From an uncultured Planctomycetales bacterium (GTDB lineage Bacteria; Omnitrophota; Gorgyraeia; Zapsychrales; Aceulaceae): DNA of 64,000 nt. Location: NCBI GenBank assembly GCA_964648665.1, contig CAZYOA010000008.1:550-64549 (forward strand). Direction: 5' to 3'. Every line of letters starts with the position of its first letter. The stretch's first letter is position 1. Below the pieces are notes generated by a model. That model was not told the DNA's origin, searched no databases, and worked only from the letters and a program-made list of their open reading frames with translations. Of the stretch, positions 18,414 through 27,624 are shown piece after piece. A program made the translations under genes and the position numbers.

Positions 18414-19297
18414 TTTGAAGAAATCTCCTTCTCAACCGTCTCTTTAGAATATTCCGATAAAATATCCATAATTTCATTTCGTTTAACTTTTCCATATGTT
18501 TTATTATCAATCGTCATAACCGGGGCAAGACCACAACACCCTAAACAGCGAACAGATTGAAGATGAAAAAGGCCATCTTTTGTTGTTTGCCCTTCTTCAA
18601 CATGAAGAATGTTCTTAATCTCAGTAACAATGTCTGCTGCCCCCTTTAAATAACAAGCTGTTCCCATACAAACTGAAATTAAATGCTTTCCAGGAGGATC
18701 AATCTTAAAGTAATTGTAAAACGTAATTACCTCATAAATTCTGGCTAAAGGAATATCTAGAATTCGAGAAAGTTCAAAAGATACATCTCTAGGCACATAG
18801 CCATAATGATTCTGGATTTCATGCAAAACCATAACAAGATTACCTTTCTTTCCTTTCCATTTCTCTGCTAAAGCATCCAGCTCCCCAACAACCTTACGAT
18901 GTTCTTCTCCAGTTTTTCGAATATAAGCACGAGCCATCTTTAATAATATTTCAGGCTTAACAGGCTTTTCTAAAACAGCCTTTACCGGAAGCGCTTTTTC
19001 ATTTGGCTTCAAATCAAAAGGAAAATTAAGTTCTTTTCGAGCTCCCGTAATCAAGACAACAGGGATATCTTTAATCGCAGCATCATTAGCCATAGCTTTA
19101 GCCGTTTCTGCTCCTTCTGTTTTATACGTCATCATCATATCAAGAAAAATTAAATCCGGAGATTCATCTTTTACTTTCTGAAAACCTTCTTGACCATTCG
19201 ATGCAACAACAACATCGTATCCACTAGCTTCCAGCAAAAGCGATGTCGCCTCCGTGTAATCATGATCATCATCAATAATAAGTATTTTATTTCTCAT
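18410..19297 (-). CDS. hndA: Fusion protein: N-terminal response-regulator receiver domain + NuoE/HndA-like [2Fe-2S] hydrogenase subunit
   Basis: Residues 1-125 form a complete REC (ILIIDDDHD, PDLIFLDMMM, IPVVLITG, LEKPV). Residues about 150-295 are NuoE-like (LHEIQNHYGYVP, SVCMGTACYLKG, VRCLGCCGLAPVM). Single uninterrupted ORF with ATG start and 4-bp overlap with hndB. Confidence 0.85.
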   Translation of the reverse strand: MRNKILIIDDDHDYTEATSLLLEASGYDVVVASNGQEGFQKVKDESPDLIFLDMMMTYKTEGAETAKAMANDAAIKDIPVVLITGARKELNFPFDLKPNEKALPVKAVLEKPVKPEILLKMARAYIRKTGEEHRKVVGELDALAEKWKGKKGNLVMVLHEIQNHYGYVPRDVSFELSRILDIPLARIYEVITFYNYFKIDPPGKHLISVCMGTACYLKGAADIVTEIKNILHVEEGQTTKDGLFHLQSVRCLGCCGLAPVMTIDNKTYGKVKRNEIMDILSEYSKETVEKEISSK

Positions 19298-19312
19298 TTC
19301 AATTCCCTTTTT

Positions 19313-21151
19313 CTATACTTTTTTAATCCTAAACTTAAATGAATTACCACTCGCCTTTGGTTCAACCCAAATTCGCCCTCCATGCTTTTCTATGATCTCT
19401 TTTGTAATAAAAAGTCCGATCCCTGTTCCTTTTACGGTTTCCATCCCCCTGTAAATAATACGAGAAAACTTTTTAAATAATTTATCGACATCGATAGATT
19501 CAATCGGTTGACCATCATTATAAACTTCCACTTCAATTTCATCGCCTTTTTCTTCTAAAGAAATTCGTATTTGTCCTTTAACTTTCGCATATTTAATAGC
19601 ATTACTCAAAAGATTATTAGAAACAATCTGCAAGAGTCCCGCATCACCTAAAATTTTAACACCTGAATCAAGATTATTAATAATCTCAATATCTTTCTCC
19701 TTGGCTTGTTGCAAAAAAGATTCAATTGTAATATCAAAAACATGCTCTTTAACTAAAAGTTCATTCTTAGTCAGCTGAAGCTCTGCTTTTTCAATACGAC
19801 TTAAGTTTAAAAAGTTTTTTACTGTTACTGTTAAATAATCTAAATTTCGAGACACAGAAGCAAGTGTCTTTTCTTGCTTTTCATTAATTTCACCTAAAAT
19901 CTTATTCTTCAAAAGATATGTATTTAAAACAATCGAAGACAGAATGCCTTTAAGTTCGTGCGAAACAAACCCGATAAGATCAAGATAACGCGTATTTAAG
20001 ATCTCAACCTTTTCTTTCGACTTCTTTAAGCTTTCCTCTCTTCTAGCAAGCTTTCCAGACATATCGTTAAAAGAGGAAATAAGTTCATTAAGCTCCTGAA
20101 TAGATGTTTTTTCAGTAATTTTACTATCTAAATTTCCTCTAGAAATCTTTCGGGTTGTAACCAATACTTCATTTAACGGTCTCGTAATCGATCCTGTCAG
20201 AATATAGAAAAAGACTCCTGCTAACAAAGCTGTTAAGAAAATAATCATAAAAAAAGCAAGGAATGTATTTCGTCCCATAATTAAAAATGGTTTTTCTAAA
20301 ATACCTACATATAAAATCCCAATGATATTTCCTTTTATGTTCTTAATCGGCTCGTAGGCCGTAATATACCAATCAGTCACAACAAAAGCTTTATCAAACC
20401 ATTTCTCGCCTTCTTTAACAACCCGTCTATAAACTTCATCTGATACGCGTGTTCCAATCGCTCTTTGACCTTCAGCGTCTAGAACATTAGTTGCAATACG
20501 AACATCATTTTGGAAAATTGTTACTGTTCCAACAGGCTTATCTTCATAAAACTTATTTTCAAAAACAAAATCAGAAATGCTATCAATAAGCTCAAAATTT
20601 TGATTAATAATCCGTCCACCATACAAGACTTTTACAACTTTTTCTGAAGAATTTAAAATCGGACGAGCATGCTCAATGACCATCAAATCACGAACAACCA
20701 TTTTCTCAGTCGGACTAGCCTTTAACGTTGACTTAATAATAATCGATGCATCTTCTCTCTCTGGAACAATTTCTCTAAATTCATCACTTGAAATAATCCG
20801 ATATCCACCAACAGGCTTCTTTGAATTAAGAGCCTTTAAAACAATCTCATTATTTAGTTGAAGAGCATCCGCTTGATTTACTAATTTCAAATAATCTAAG
20901 CCCGCTTTGCCTTCAACCTCTTTAAGATTCTGACTCGGATCCATAAGATCAATGGCTAAGCTAGCAAGCTGCAACTGTTGAGCGCATACCGTATTGACAA
21001 TTCTTAAATCATTTCTAATACGATCTTGTGCTTGCTCAAAAATGTATTTCTTAATAAAAAAGAATCCAAAAATAGACATACACACAACTAAAAATAAAAT
21101 GACGTATGATAAAGAAATTAAGATTTGAGTTCTAAGATTTATATTTTTCAT
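19313..21151 (-). CDS. Sensor histidine kinase (TM - periplasmic Cache-like domain - TM - HAMP - HisKA - HATPase)
   Basis: Two TM segments flank an approx 260-aa extracytoplasmic domain. HAMP (TRPLNEVLVTTRKISRGNLD), H-box FVSHELKGIL, N/G boxes (NLLSNAIKY, GTGIGLFITKEI). The track start 21175 is TTG. First ATG at 21151 (MKNINLRT). Confidence 0.85.
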   Translation of the reverse strand: MKNINLRTQILISLSYVILFLVVCMSIFGFFFIKKYIFEQAQDRIRNDLRIVNTVCAQQLQLASLAIDLMDPSQNLKEVEGKAGLDYLKLVNQADALQLNNEIVLKALNSKKPVGGYRIISSDEFREIVPEREDASIIIKSTLKASPTEKMVVRDLMVIEHARPILNSSEKVVKVLYGGRIINQNFELIDSISDFVFENKFYEDKPVGTVTIFQNDVRIATNVLDAEGQRAIGTRVSDEVYRRVVKEGEKWFDKAFVVTDWYITAYEPIKNIKGNIIGILYVGILEKPFLIMGRNTFLAFFMIIFLTALLAGVFFYILTGSITRPLNEVLVTTRKISRGNLDSKITEKTSIQELNELISSFNDMSGKLARREESLKKSKEKVEILNTRYLDLIGFVSHELKGILSSIVLNTYLLKNKILGEINEKQEKTLASVSRNLDYLTVTVKNFLNLSRIEKAELQLTKNELLVKEHVFDITIESFLQQAKEKDIEIINNLDSGVKILGDAGLLQIVSNNLLSNAIKYAKVKGQIRISLEEKGDEIEVEVYNDGQPIESIDVDKLFKKFSRIIYRGMETVKGTGIGLFITKEIIEKHGGRIWVEPKASGNSFKFRIKKV

Positions 21152-21773
21152 TTTTCGTTCTCTGGACTCCAGCAAAATAGTTAACCACCTCTAGCTCAAG
21201 GCGAACATTAACGTTGTTAACAAAGAAACTTTCTGGAACTTTTAAATTAATTGGAGCAAAATTTAAAGCACCTTTCATCCCTAAAGAAACCATTTTATCA
21301 ACAACCTGTTGAGCTGCAAAATAAGGAACAGCAATAACACCGACCTTAATTTTATTCTTCTTAACAAAATTATCAAGCTTATCTATAGAAAAAATTGAAA
21401 CACCCACTTCTTGCCCATACTTCAAAGGATCAATATCAAACGCAGCAGCAATATGAATCTTTTCTTTCGAAAACCCATCATATTGCATCAAAGCTCTTCC
21501 AATATGACCGGCACCAACAATAATAACATTTTGAATCTTATCTTTTCCCAAAAGTGTATTGATTTGGTCAATAAGATCATCAACAATATATCCACCTCTT
21601 TTATTCCCAGAAATATTAAGCAAAGAAAAATCTTTTCGAACTTGAGCAGAATTAGACCCTACAACATTAGCCAAATGACCTGAGAAAACCTTTTCAGAGC
21701 CTAATTCTTTCAATCGATAAATTGCATCTCTGTAACGATAAAGCCTAGAAACAGATTGTTTTGTGGTTGCCAT
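21132..21773 (-). CDS. rex: Redox-sensing transcriptional repressor Rex
   Basis: SRLYRYRDAIYRLKELG winged helix, Rossmann VIIVGAGHIGRAL. The track start 21806 is GTG and would lie upstream of the predicted -10. ATG at 21773 (MATTKQSV) preferred. Confidence 0.85.
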   Translation of the reverse strand: MATTKQSVSRLYRYRDAIYRLKELGSEKVFSGHLANVVGSNSAQVRKDFSLLNISGNKRGGYIVDDLIDQINTLLGKDKIQNVIIVGAGHIGRALMQYDGFSKEKIHIAAAFDIDPLKYGQEVGVSIFSIDKLDNFVKKNKIKVGVIAVPYFAAQQVVDKMVSLGMKGALNFAPINLKVPESFFVNNVNVRLELEVVNYFAGVQRTKNEKYKS

Positions 21774-21806
21774 ATTATTATTCTCTAATTCACTAATTAA
21801 GAGCAC

Positions 21807-21859
21807 AATATACCATACTGACTATATTTGTCAACACAATAAAGTGAAAATAATCACAA
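21807..21859 (-). promoter_or_regulatory. Sigma70-like promoter plus candidate Rex operator upstream of rex
   Basis: Minus strand TTGACA (21829-21834), 16 nt, TATATT (21807-21812). Just upstream, TTGTGATTATTTTCACTT (21842-21859) matches 11 of 14 specified positions of the Rex consensus TTGTGAAnnnnTTCACAA. Confidence 0.35.
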
Positions 21860-21930
21860 CAGATTTAACAAAAAAGGCTAGCTTCTTTTAAGAAGATAGC
21901 CCCTAAAACACCGTAATCTATATAATTATC

Positions 21931-22134
21931 TTAAAGCGGCTTTACAGCCTTCGCCTTAAACCCCTTATCGTCTTTTTCTAAATCAAATTCAACGTCTTGT
22001 TCTTCTTTTAATGTTTTGTACCCTGACTCCTGCTGAATCTCACTAAAATGAACAAATGCATCTTCACCAGACTCAGAAGTAATAAACCCGTAACCCTTCT
22101 GGGCATTGAACCATTTTACTTTACCTTTTGTCAT
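21931..22134 (-). CDS. Cold-shock protein (CspA family)
   Basis: 67 aa, [16 protein letters not shown] (RNP1) and DAFVHFS (RNP2). Confidence 0.9.
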   Translation of the reverse strand: MTKGKVKWFNAQKGYGFITSESGEDAFVHFSEIQQESGYKTLKEEQDVEFDLEKDDKGFKAKAVKPL

Positions 22135-22431
22135 TGTGCCTTCCTTCTTGAGACGTTTCGAGAAGACAAGATTCTCAAGAATCTCTTTCTTCTCTCGTGC
22201 TTAACCTATTTTTTACAATACATGACAAATATTTACTTGTCAACAACATTAGCGAGAAATCAGAATAATTTTATAAAAATACCCATGGCGGAGGCATCGG
22301 AACTTTCTTTAAGATATTAAAAATACCGCCAAGAATACTAAACGGAACTTTTAGCAATGCGCACCCAGATTGCGAAAAACATAAGATACAAAGAAAAACT
22401 ATAAAGAAACTTATTTTTGTTTTATTTGTCA

Positions 22432-23487
22432 TCAACAAATCCGAGGCAGTTGCGATGATGAAAGCATATGAATAATGCGCTTAGTCCCAATTTGACTATT
22501 AGCGACAACCATTGCTTTATCACTTTTTGAGACATGGCCAATAATACTTGCATCTTTAGAAAGATTATTCGATTTTAAAAGATCTAAAACTTTTATTGCT
22601 TCACATTCTGGAACAAAACAAACAAATCGTCCTTCATTAGCAACATATAAAGGATCAATTCCTAAAACTTCACACGCCGCGCGGACATCTTCTCTTACAG
22701 GAATTTCATTTTCAGTAATTTCCATCTTGAATTTAGAAGTTTTTGCAATCTCAACAAGGGCTGTGCCCAACCCCCCTCGTGTTAAATCACGCATACAATG
22801 TATTGTAACCTTTGAATCTAAGAGCTGCAATACTAAAGAAGACAAAGACGCACAATCACTTTCAATAACATTTTCAAAAGTTAAGCCTTCACGCGTTGCC
22901 ATAATCGCCATTCCATGGCGAGCAATATCTCCACTTAGAATAATGCAATCGCCATCTTCAATCGAAGCTGGCGAAATATTCTGATCATGCTCAACAATTC
23001 CAACACCCGATGTATTAATAAAAATTCCATCAGCTTTTCCTTTGTCCACAACCTTAGTATCTCCTGAAACAATTTGAACATTGGATTCTTCAGCAGCTTT
23101 TTGCATAGAATTCACAACTCGCCAAAGAACATCCATAGAAAGCCCCTCTTCTAAAATAAATCCAACTGTTAAGAAGAGCGGTCGCGCTCCACACATTGCA
23201 AGATCATTAACTGTTCCTTGAATCGATAAAGATCCAATGTCGCCTCCGGGAAAAAATATTGGATCAACAACATAGGAATCTGTTGTCATTGCAATTTTGT
23301 TCCCTGGAAGTTCACTCACAGCTCCATCATGAGACTGATCAAGATGTTCATTCTTGAAAACCTTCCGAAACATTTTATCAATCAGCTGATTCATCAAAGT
23401 GCCCCCACTCCCATGAGCAAGCATAACATAAGGATAATCCGATACCGGAATTGGACAACTTGGTAAATTATATTCTTTTTTCTTCAT
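22432..23487 (-). CDS. hypE: [NiFe]-hydrogenase maturation protein HypE
   Basis: AIR-synthase-like fold motifs ([15 protein letters not shown]) and the diagnostic C-terminal PRIC. Confidence 0.9.
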   Translation of the reverse strand: MKKKEYNLPSCPIPVSDYPYVMLAHGSGGTLMNQLIDKMFRKVFKNEHLDQSHDGAVSELPGNKIAMTTDSYVVDPIFFPGGDIGSLSIQGTVNDLAMCGARPLFLTVGFILEEGLSMDVLWRVVNSMQKAAEESNVQIVSGDTKVVDKGKADGIFINTSGVGIVEHDQNISPASIEDGDCIILSGDIARHGMAIMATREGLTFENVIESDCASLSSLVLQLLDSKVTIHCMRDLTRGGLGTALVEIAKTSKFKMEITENEIPVREDVRAACEVLGIDPLYVANEGRFVCFVPECEAIKVLDLLKSNNLSKDASIIGHVSKSDKAMVVANSQIGTKRIIHMLSSSQLPRIC

Positions 23488-24572
23488 TATTCTCTCTTAT
23501 AGCGATAGTAAGCGCTACAAGCCCCTTCGGATGAAACCATAGGAGCCCCTAACGGATGATCAGGTCGACACTGTTTTCCAAAAGCATCACATTCATTAGG
23601 CTTTTTAATTCCTTGCAAAACTAACGCACTAATACACTCTTTTGGTTCATTTGCTGTAATATTGCTGACATCAAATATTTTCTCTGCATCAAACTTTGAA
23701 TAATCCTTCTTTAAAATAAGTCCACTTCGAGGAATGCTACCAATTCCCCTCCACTTCCTAGAAGAAACTTCAAAAACGTGATCAATAATTTCTTTTGCCA
23801 CAATATTTCCTTCTCTGCGCACGGAACGAACATATTGATTTTCAACTTCATATCGATTTTCTTCAAGCTGTTTAACGCACATATAGATACCTTGTAAAAT
23901 ATCAAATGGTTCGAATCCGGTTACCACAATCGGTGTCTTATATTTCGCGGCTAAAGGCTCATATTCTTCATAACCCATAATCGTACAAACATGCCCTGCT
24001 GCCAAAAAACCTTGTACTTGATTTTTATCTGAAGATAAAATCATTTCAATCGCAGGTGGAACTAAAACATGCGAAACTAAAAGAAAAAAATTATTAATAT
24101 TTTGCTTTTTAGCTTGATATGCAGCCATAGCGTTTCCTGGCGCAGTCGCTTCAAATCCAACAGCAAAAAAAACAACTTTTTTATCAGAATTCTTTCTAGC
24201 AACTTCAAGTGCATCCATTGGAGAATAAACAATGCGAACATCTCCCCCTTCAGCCTTTACAGAAAGTAAATCTTTTTGGCTACCAGGAACTCTTAGCATA
24301 TCTCCGAAAGAACAAAAAATAACATCGTCTCGAGAAGCAATTGCAATCGCACGATCAACAGACTCTAAGGGTGTAACACAAACAGGACATCCAGGACCAT
24401 GGACGAGAGTAATCTCTTTTGGAAGAAGTTCATCAAGGCCAAATCGAATAATTGAATGTGTCTGCCCACCACAAATCTCCATGATTGTCCATGATTTCTT
24501 TGTTATCTGCTTAATCGCCTGAGCAACCCCTTGAACACTTTCTTTGTTTCGATATTCATCAACAAATTTCAT
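23487..24572 (-). CDS. hypD: [NiFe]-hydrogenase maturation protein HypD
   Basis: [24 protein letters not shown] motifs. 1-nt overlap with hypE. Confidence 0.9.
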   Translation of the reverse strand: MKFVDEYRNKESVQGVAQAIKQITKKSWTIMEICGGQTHSIIRFGLDELLPKEITLVHGPGCPVCVTPLESVDRAIAIASRDDVIFCSFGDMLRVPGSQKDLLSVKAEGGDVRIVYSPMDALEVARKNSDKKVVFFAVGFEATAPGNAMAAYQAKKQNINNFFLLVSHVLVPPAIEMILSSDKNQVQGFLAAGHVCTIMGYEEYEPLAAKYKTPIVVTGFEPFDILQGIYMCVKQLEENRYEVENQYVRSVRREGNIVAKEIIDHVFEVSSRKWRGIGSIPRSGLILKKDYSKFDAEKIFDVSNITANEPKECISALVLQGIKKPNECDAFGKQCRPDHPLGAPMVSSEGACSAYYRYKRE

Positions 24573-24815
24573 TTATTCGCCTTCATATAACTCATCAATT
24601 TCACTTAAATACTCTAAAGTTTTCACAGCTTCCTCTTCATCCACTTGGCTTATAGCAAATCCGGCATGAACAATAACATAATTTCCAACCTTTGCATCAG
24701 GTACATAAGCCAAGTTAACTTCTTTTTGAATACCTGAGAAATCAACTTTTCCTTTTCTCTCTAATGCATCATTTCCTTCAATATTTATAATTTTTCCAGG
24801 AACAGCTAAACACAT
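24573..24815 (-). CDS. hypC: [NiFe]-hydrogenase maturation chaperone HypC
   Basis: Canonical N-terminus MCLAVPGKI at ATG 24815, preceded by AAGGAAAAG. The track start 24863 is TTG and adds 16 non-conserved residues. Confidence 0.85.
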   Translation of the reverse strand: MCLAVPGKIINIEGNDALERKGKVDFSGIQKEVNLAYVPDAKVGNYVIVHAGFAISQVDEEEAVKTLEYLSEIDELYEGE

Positions 24816-24887
24816 TTTCTTTTCCTTTTTTTTATTAAAACATACCATTATCTTTTCAATCAAAAAATGCTGAAGAAATTTAGTATA

Positions 24888-27143
24888 TCACACTTTCCTT
24901 GACGCACCAAAGACTTGCCCAAGAGAAATTCCGCCATCGTTTGTTGGAATTCTCTGATGCCAATAAGGTGAAAATTCTTCCTCTTTGAGTCGCTTAACAC
25001 AATGCTCTAAAAGATATTTATTTTGAAAACATCCTCCAGTTAAAACAATTTTCTTTAATCCGCTTCGCATTGATATCGCAATGACAATATCAACTAACGT
25101 ATTATGAAATTTTCTCGCAATTATTCCCTTATCAATTCCAGATTTAAGATCTTTTAAAATATCTCGAATAAAAGATTCTTCAACAATCAAACTTTCATTC
25201 TTTTTTATATCAAAAGAATACACACAATTTGATTCCTTGTCGGAAATAGAAAACTCAACATTCATCGCAGCTTGACCTTCAAAATCAGAATAATAACAAA
25301 ACCCTAAAAGCGAACTAACTGCATCAAAAATTCGCCCCACACTTGACGTTAAAGGACTGTTTATTTTCTTTATCAACATCGACCTTAAGTTTATTAATTC
25401 TTCAGACTTAAACATTTTAAGCAGCTCTATATTTTCATCTTTAAAAATCTTCTCTCCTAGCACATGAAACAATAATCCCACCGCTGATCTCCTAGGCTCT
25501 CTTATCGCAGCTTCACCTCCAGGTAAAGGAAACTGTGAGAAATATGCAAAACGTTTAAATCCATTCTTATCAATTTTGAGAAACTCACCACCCCAAATTG
25601 TTTGATCATCACCATATCCTGTTCCATCAAAACAAACACCTAGCACTTCGTCCTTAATTTCATTTTCAGCCATACAAGAACACACATGAGCATAATGATG
25701 CTGGATTTCTTCTTTTAGAAATCCAGATTCTTGAGCAAATTGTGTTGATAAATAATTAGGATGTTTATCACAAGCTATCAAAGCTGGAATAACATTGTAC
25801 ATTTTTGTTAAATCTTTAATTGTTTTCTCAAAGGTTTTCAGTGTTTTTGGAGTTTCTAAATCTCCAATATGTTGACTAACAAAAATATTTTCTTTACTTG
25901 AAAAAGCTATCGTATTTTTTATCTGCGATCCAACTGCCAAAACAAAATTCTTAACATCTTTAACAAAAACTGGAAGCGGAGCAAAACCTCTCGCACGTCT
26001 TAAAACCATTTCTCGATCTGCCATAATACGAACAATAGAGTCATCAGAATGATGAGCAATTTCTCTATTGTGAACTAAGAATCCATCTGCAATATGATTA
26101 AGCACATTTATCACATCAACATTATCAGTGCAAATTGTTTCTTCTGCCAAGTTTGCACTTGTTGCTACAATTGGTCGCTTTAAAATCTCAAGCAATAAGA
26201 TATGAAGCGGCGTAAAACTAATCATAACACCAAGATAAGGATTTCCTGGTGCAACATTCTCAACAATTCTTATGTTTTCCTTTTTCTTTAAAAAAACAAT
26301 CGGCGCTTCGCTAGACAATAGGCTTCGTTTCTCAAGATCAGATATTTCGCAATCCTTTTCAACTTCTTCAAGAGAATTGTACATAATTGCAAAAGGTTTA
26401 AGTCCTCTCTTTTTTCGATCGCGAAGCTTTTTCACAGCTTCCTCGTTTTGAGCATCAACAACTAAATGAAATCCGCCTAATCCTTTTATTGAAAGAACAT
26501 CTCCAGCCTTAATCATTTCAGCGGCTTTTAGCAGAGCATCATAATGTGATGCAATTACTTCTCCGTTTTTATTTACAATTTCAATATGAGGACCACACTT
26601 TGAACATGCATTTGGTTGTGCATGAAACCTTCTATTTTCTGGATCATCATATTCTTTTTGACATTCTAAGCACATTTCGAAATTTTTCATCGTCGTGTTT
26701 ACACGATCATAAGGCAAGCTTTCAATAATACTGTATCGTGGGCCACAAAGCGTGCAATTTGCAAAAGGATATCGATAACGTCTATTATTAGAATCTAAAA
26801 TTTCTTTGCGACACTCTGGACAAGTAGAAATATCTGGTAAGATTAAAGCTTCTTTTTTTCCAGAAGCACTTTCTTTGATTTGGAAATCCGTAAAACCAAT
26901 AGGATCTAAAAAGGAATGTTCTAAGCTTTGAATAAATGATATGGAAGGCTTTTCTTTTTCAATAGAAGAAAGAAATTGGTCTAAGGTATTTTTATTTGAT
27001 TCTACTTCAATGATGACGCCATAGGAAGAGTTTTGAACAAAGCCGACCACATTTAAACTACCAGCAAGACGATAAATAAACGGGCGAAAACCAACACCCT
27101 GGACAGCTCCACGAATAATAATTCGAAGTCTTAATTTTTCCAT
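24888..27143 (-). CDS. hypF: Carbamoyltransferase HypF
   Basis: Acylphosphatase domain (IRGAVQGVGFRPF), two Zn-finger CxxC pairs (CPECRKE...CTLCGPR; CLECQKE...CSKCGPH), YrdC-like and Kae1-like domains. ATG at 27143 (the track TTG start adds 3 aa). Confidence 0.9.
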   Translation of the reverse strand: MEKLRLRIIIRGAVQGVGFRPFIYRLAGSLNVVGFVQNSSYGVIIEVESNKNTLDQFLSSIEKEKPSISFIQSLEHSFLDPIGFTDFQIKESASGKKEALILPDISTCPECRKEILDSNNRRYRYPFANCTLCGPRYSIIESLPYDRVNTTMKNFEMCLECQKEYDDPENRRFHAQPNACSKCGPHIEIVNKNGEVIASHYDALLKAAEMIKAGDVLSIKGLGGFHLVVDAQNEEAVKKLRDRKKRGLKPFAIMYNSLEEVEKDCEISDLEKRSLLSSEAPIVFLKKKENIRIVENVAPGNPYLGVMISFTPLHILLLEILKRPIVATSANLAEETICTDNVDVINVLNHIADGFLVHNREIAHHSDDSIVRIMADREMVLRRARGFAPLPVFVKDVKNFVLAVGSQIKNTIAFSSKENIFVSQHIGDLETPKTLKTFEKTIKDLTKMYNVIPALIACDKHPNYLSTQFAQESGFLKEEIQHHYAHVCSCMAENEIKDEVLGVCFDGTGYGDDQTIWGGEFLKIDKNGFKRFAYFSQFPLPGGEAAIREPRRSAVGLLFHVLGEKIFKDENIELLKMFKSEELINLRSMLIKKINSPLTSSVGRIFDAVSSLLGFCYYSDFEGQAAMNVEFSISDKESNCVYSFDIKKNESLIVEESFIRDILKDLKSGIDKGIIARKFHNTLVDIVIAISMRSGLKKIVLTGGCFQNKYLLEHCVKRLKEEEFSPYWHQRIPTNDGGISLGQVFGASRKV

Positions 27144-27165
27144 AGCACGCAACGTTTCTAAGCAA

Positions 27166-27606
27166 TCAAATAAATTTCTTCTCTAAAAAACATTTCTTAA
27201 TAAACTCGATAGCATCTAAAAGATTATTTTGAGCTTTATCTGAAAGCTTTTCTCCAAAATCATTAAACTCATATCCACGGATACCCAAAACATATGCCTT
27301 CGTATCGGCCTTGAATAAATCATGCGCTAAAGCTAGCACAGCTTCAGGTTCGATACTATGTGTTGAAAAACTTATATCGGATTTAGGTTGAATCTCTTTA
27401 AAGAAAAATGGCTCTTGACCTTTGAGTGCTGCATCCGCAAAGATAACAACATCGTGCTCTGAAACACTTGAGGCATCTTCAACAGTCAGCTGATAATCAG
27501 AATCAACAGTTACGTCAGGGAGATTGAATTTTTCGATCGCATCAGCTAAGGCAGGACCCAATCCATCATCAAGTCGTCCAGGATTGCCATAACCAATCAA
27601 CAGCAT
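27166..27606 (-). CDS. hoxW: Hydrogenase maturation endopeptidase (HoxW/HycI family)
   Basis: MLLIGYGNPGRLDDGLGP N-terminus and a conserved His region. Located directly after hoxH. The track start 27615 is TTG. Confidence 0.8.
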   Translation of the reverse strand: MLLIGYGNPGRLDDGLGPALADAIEKFNLPDVTVDSDYQLTVEDASSVSEHDVVIFADAALKGQEPFFFKEIQPKSDISFSTHSIEPEAVLALAHDLFKADTKAYVLGIRGYEFNDFGEKLSDKAQNNLLDAIEFIKKCFLEKKFI

Positions 27607-27624
27607 TTTACTCAAAGCAAAAAA

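Noticed and set aside
22135-22431. Long (297 bp) spacer upstream of the cold-shock gene, with a TTGACA-17-TATTGT promoter-like element and a GAGAAGA...TCTTCTC hairpin in the leader
   Set aside because: Long structured 5' UTRs are normal for csp genes. I found nothing beyond that and no convincing small ORF or known RNA motif.
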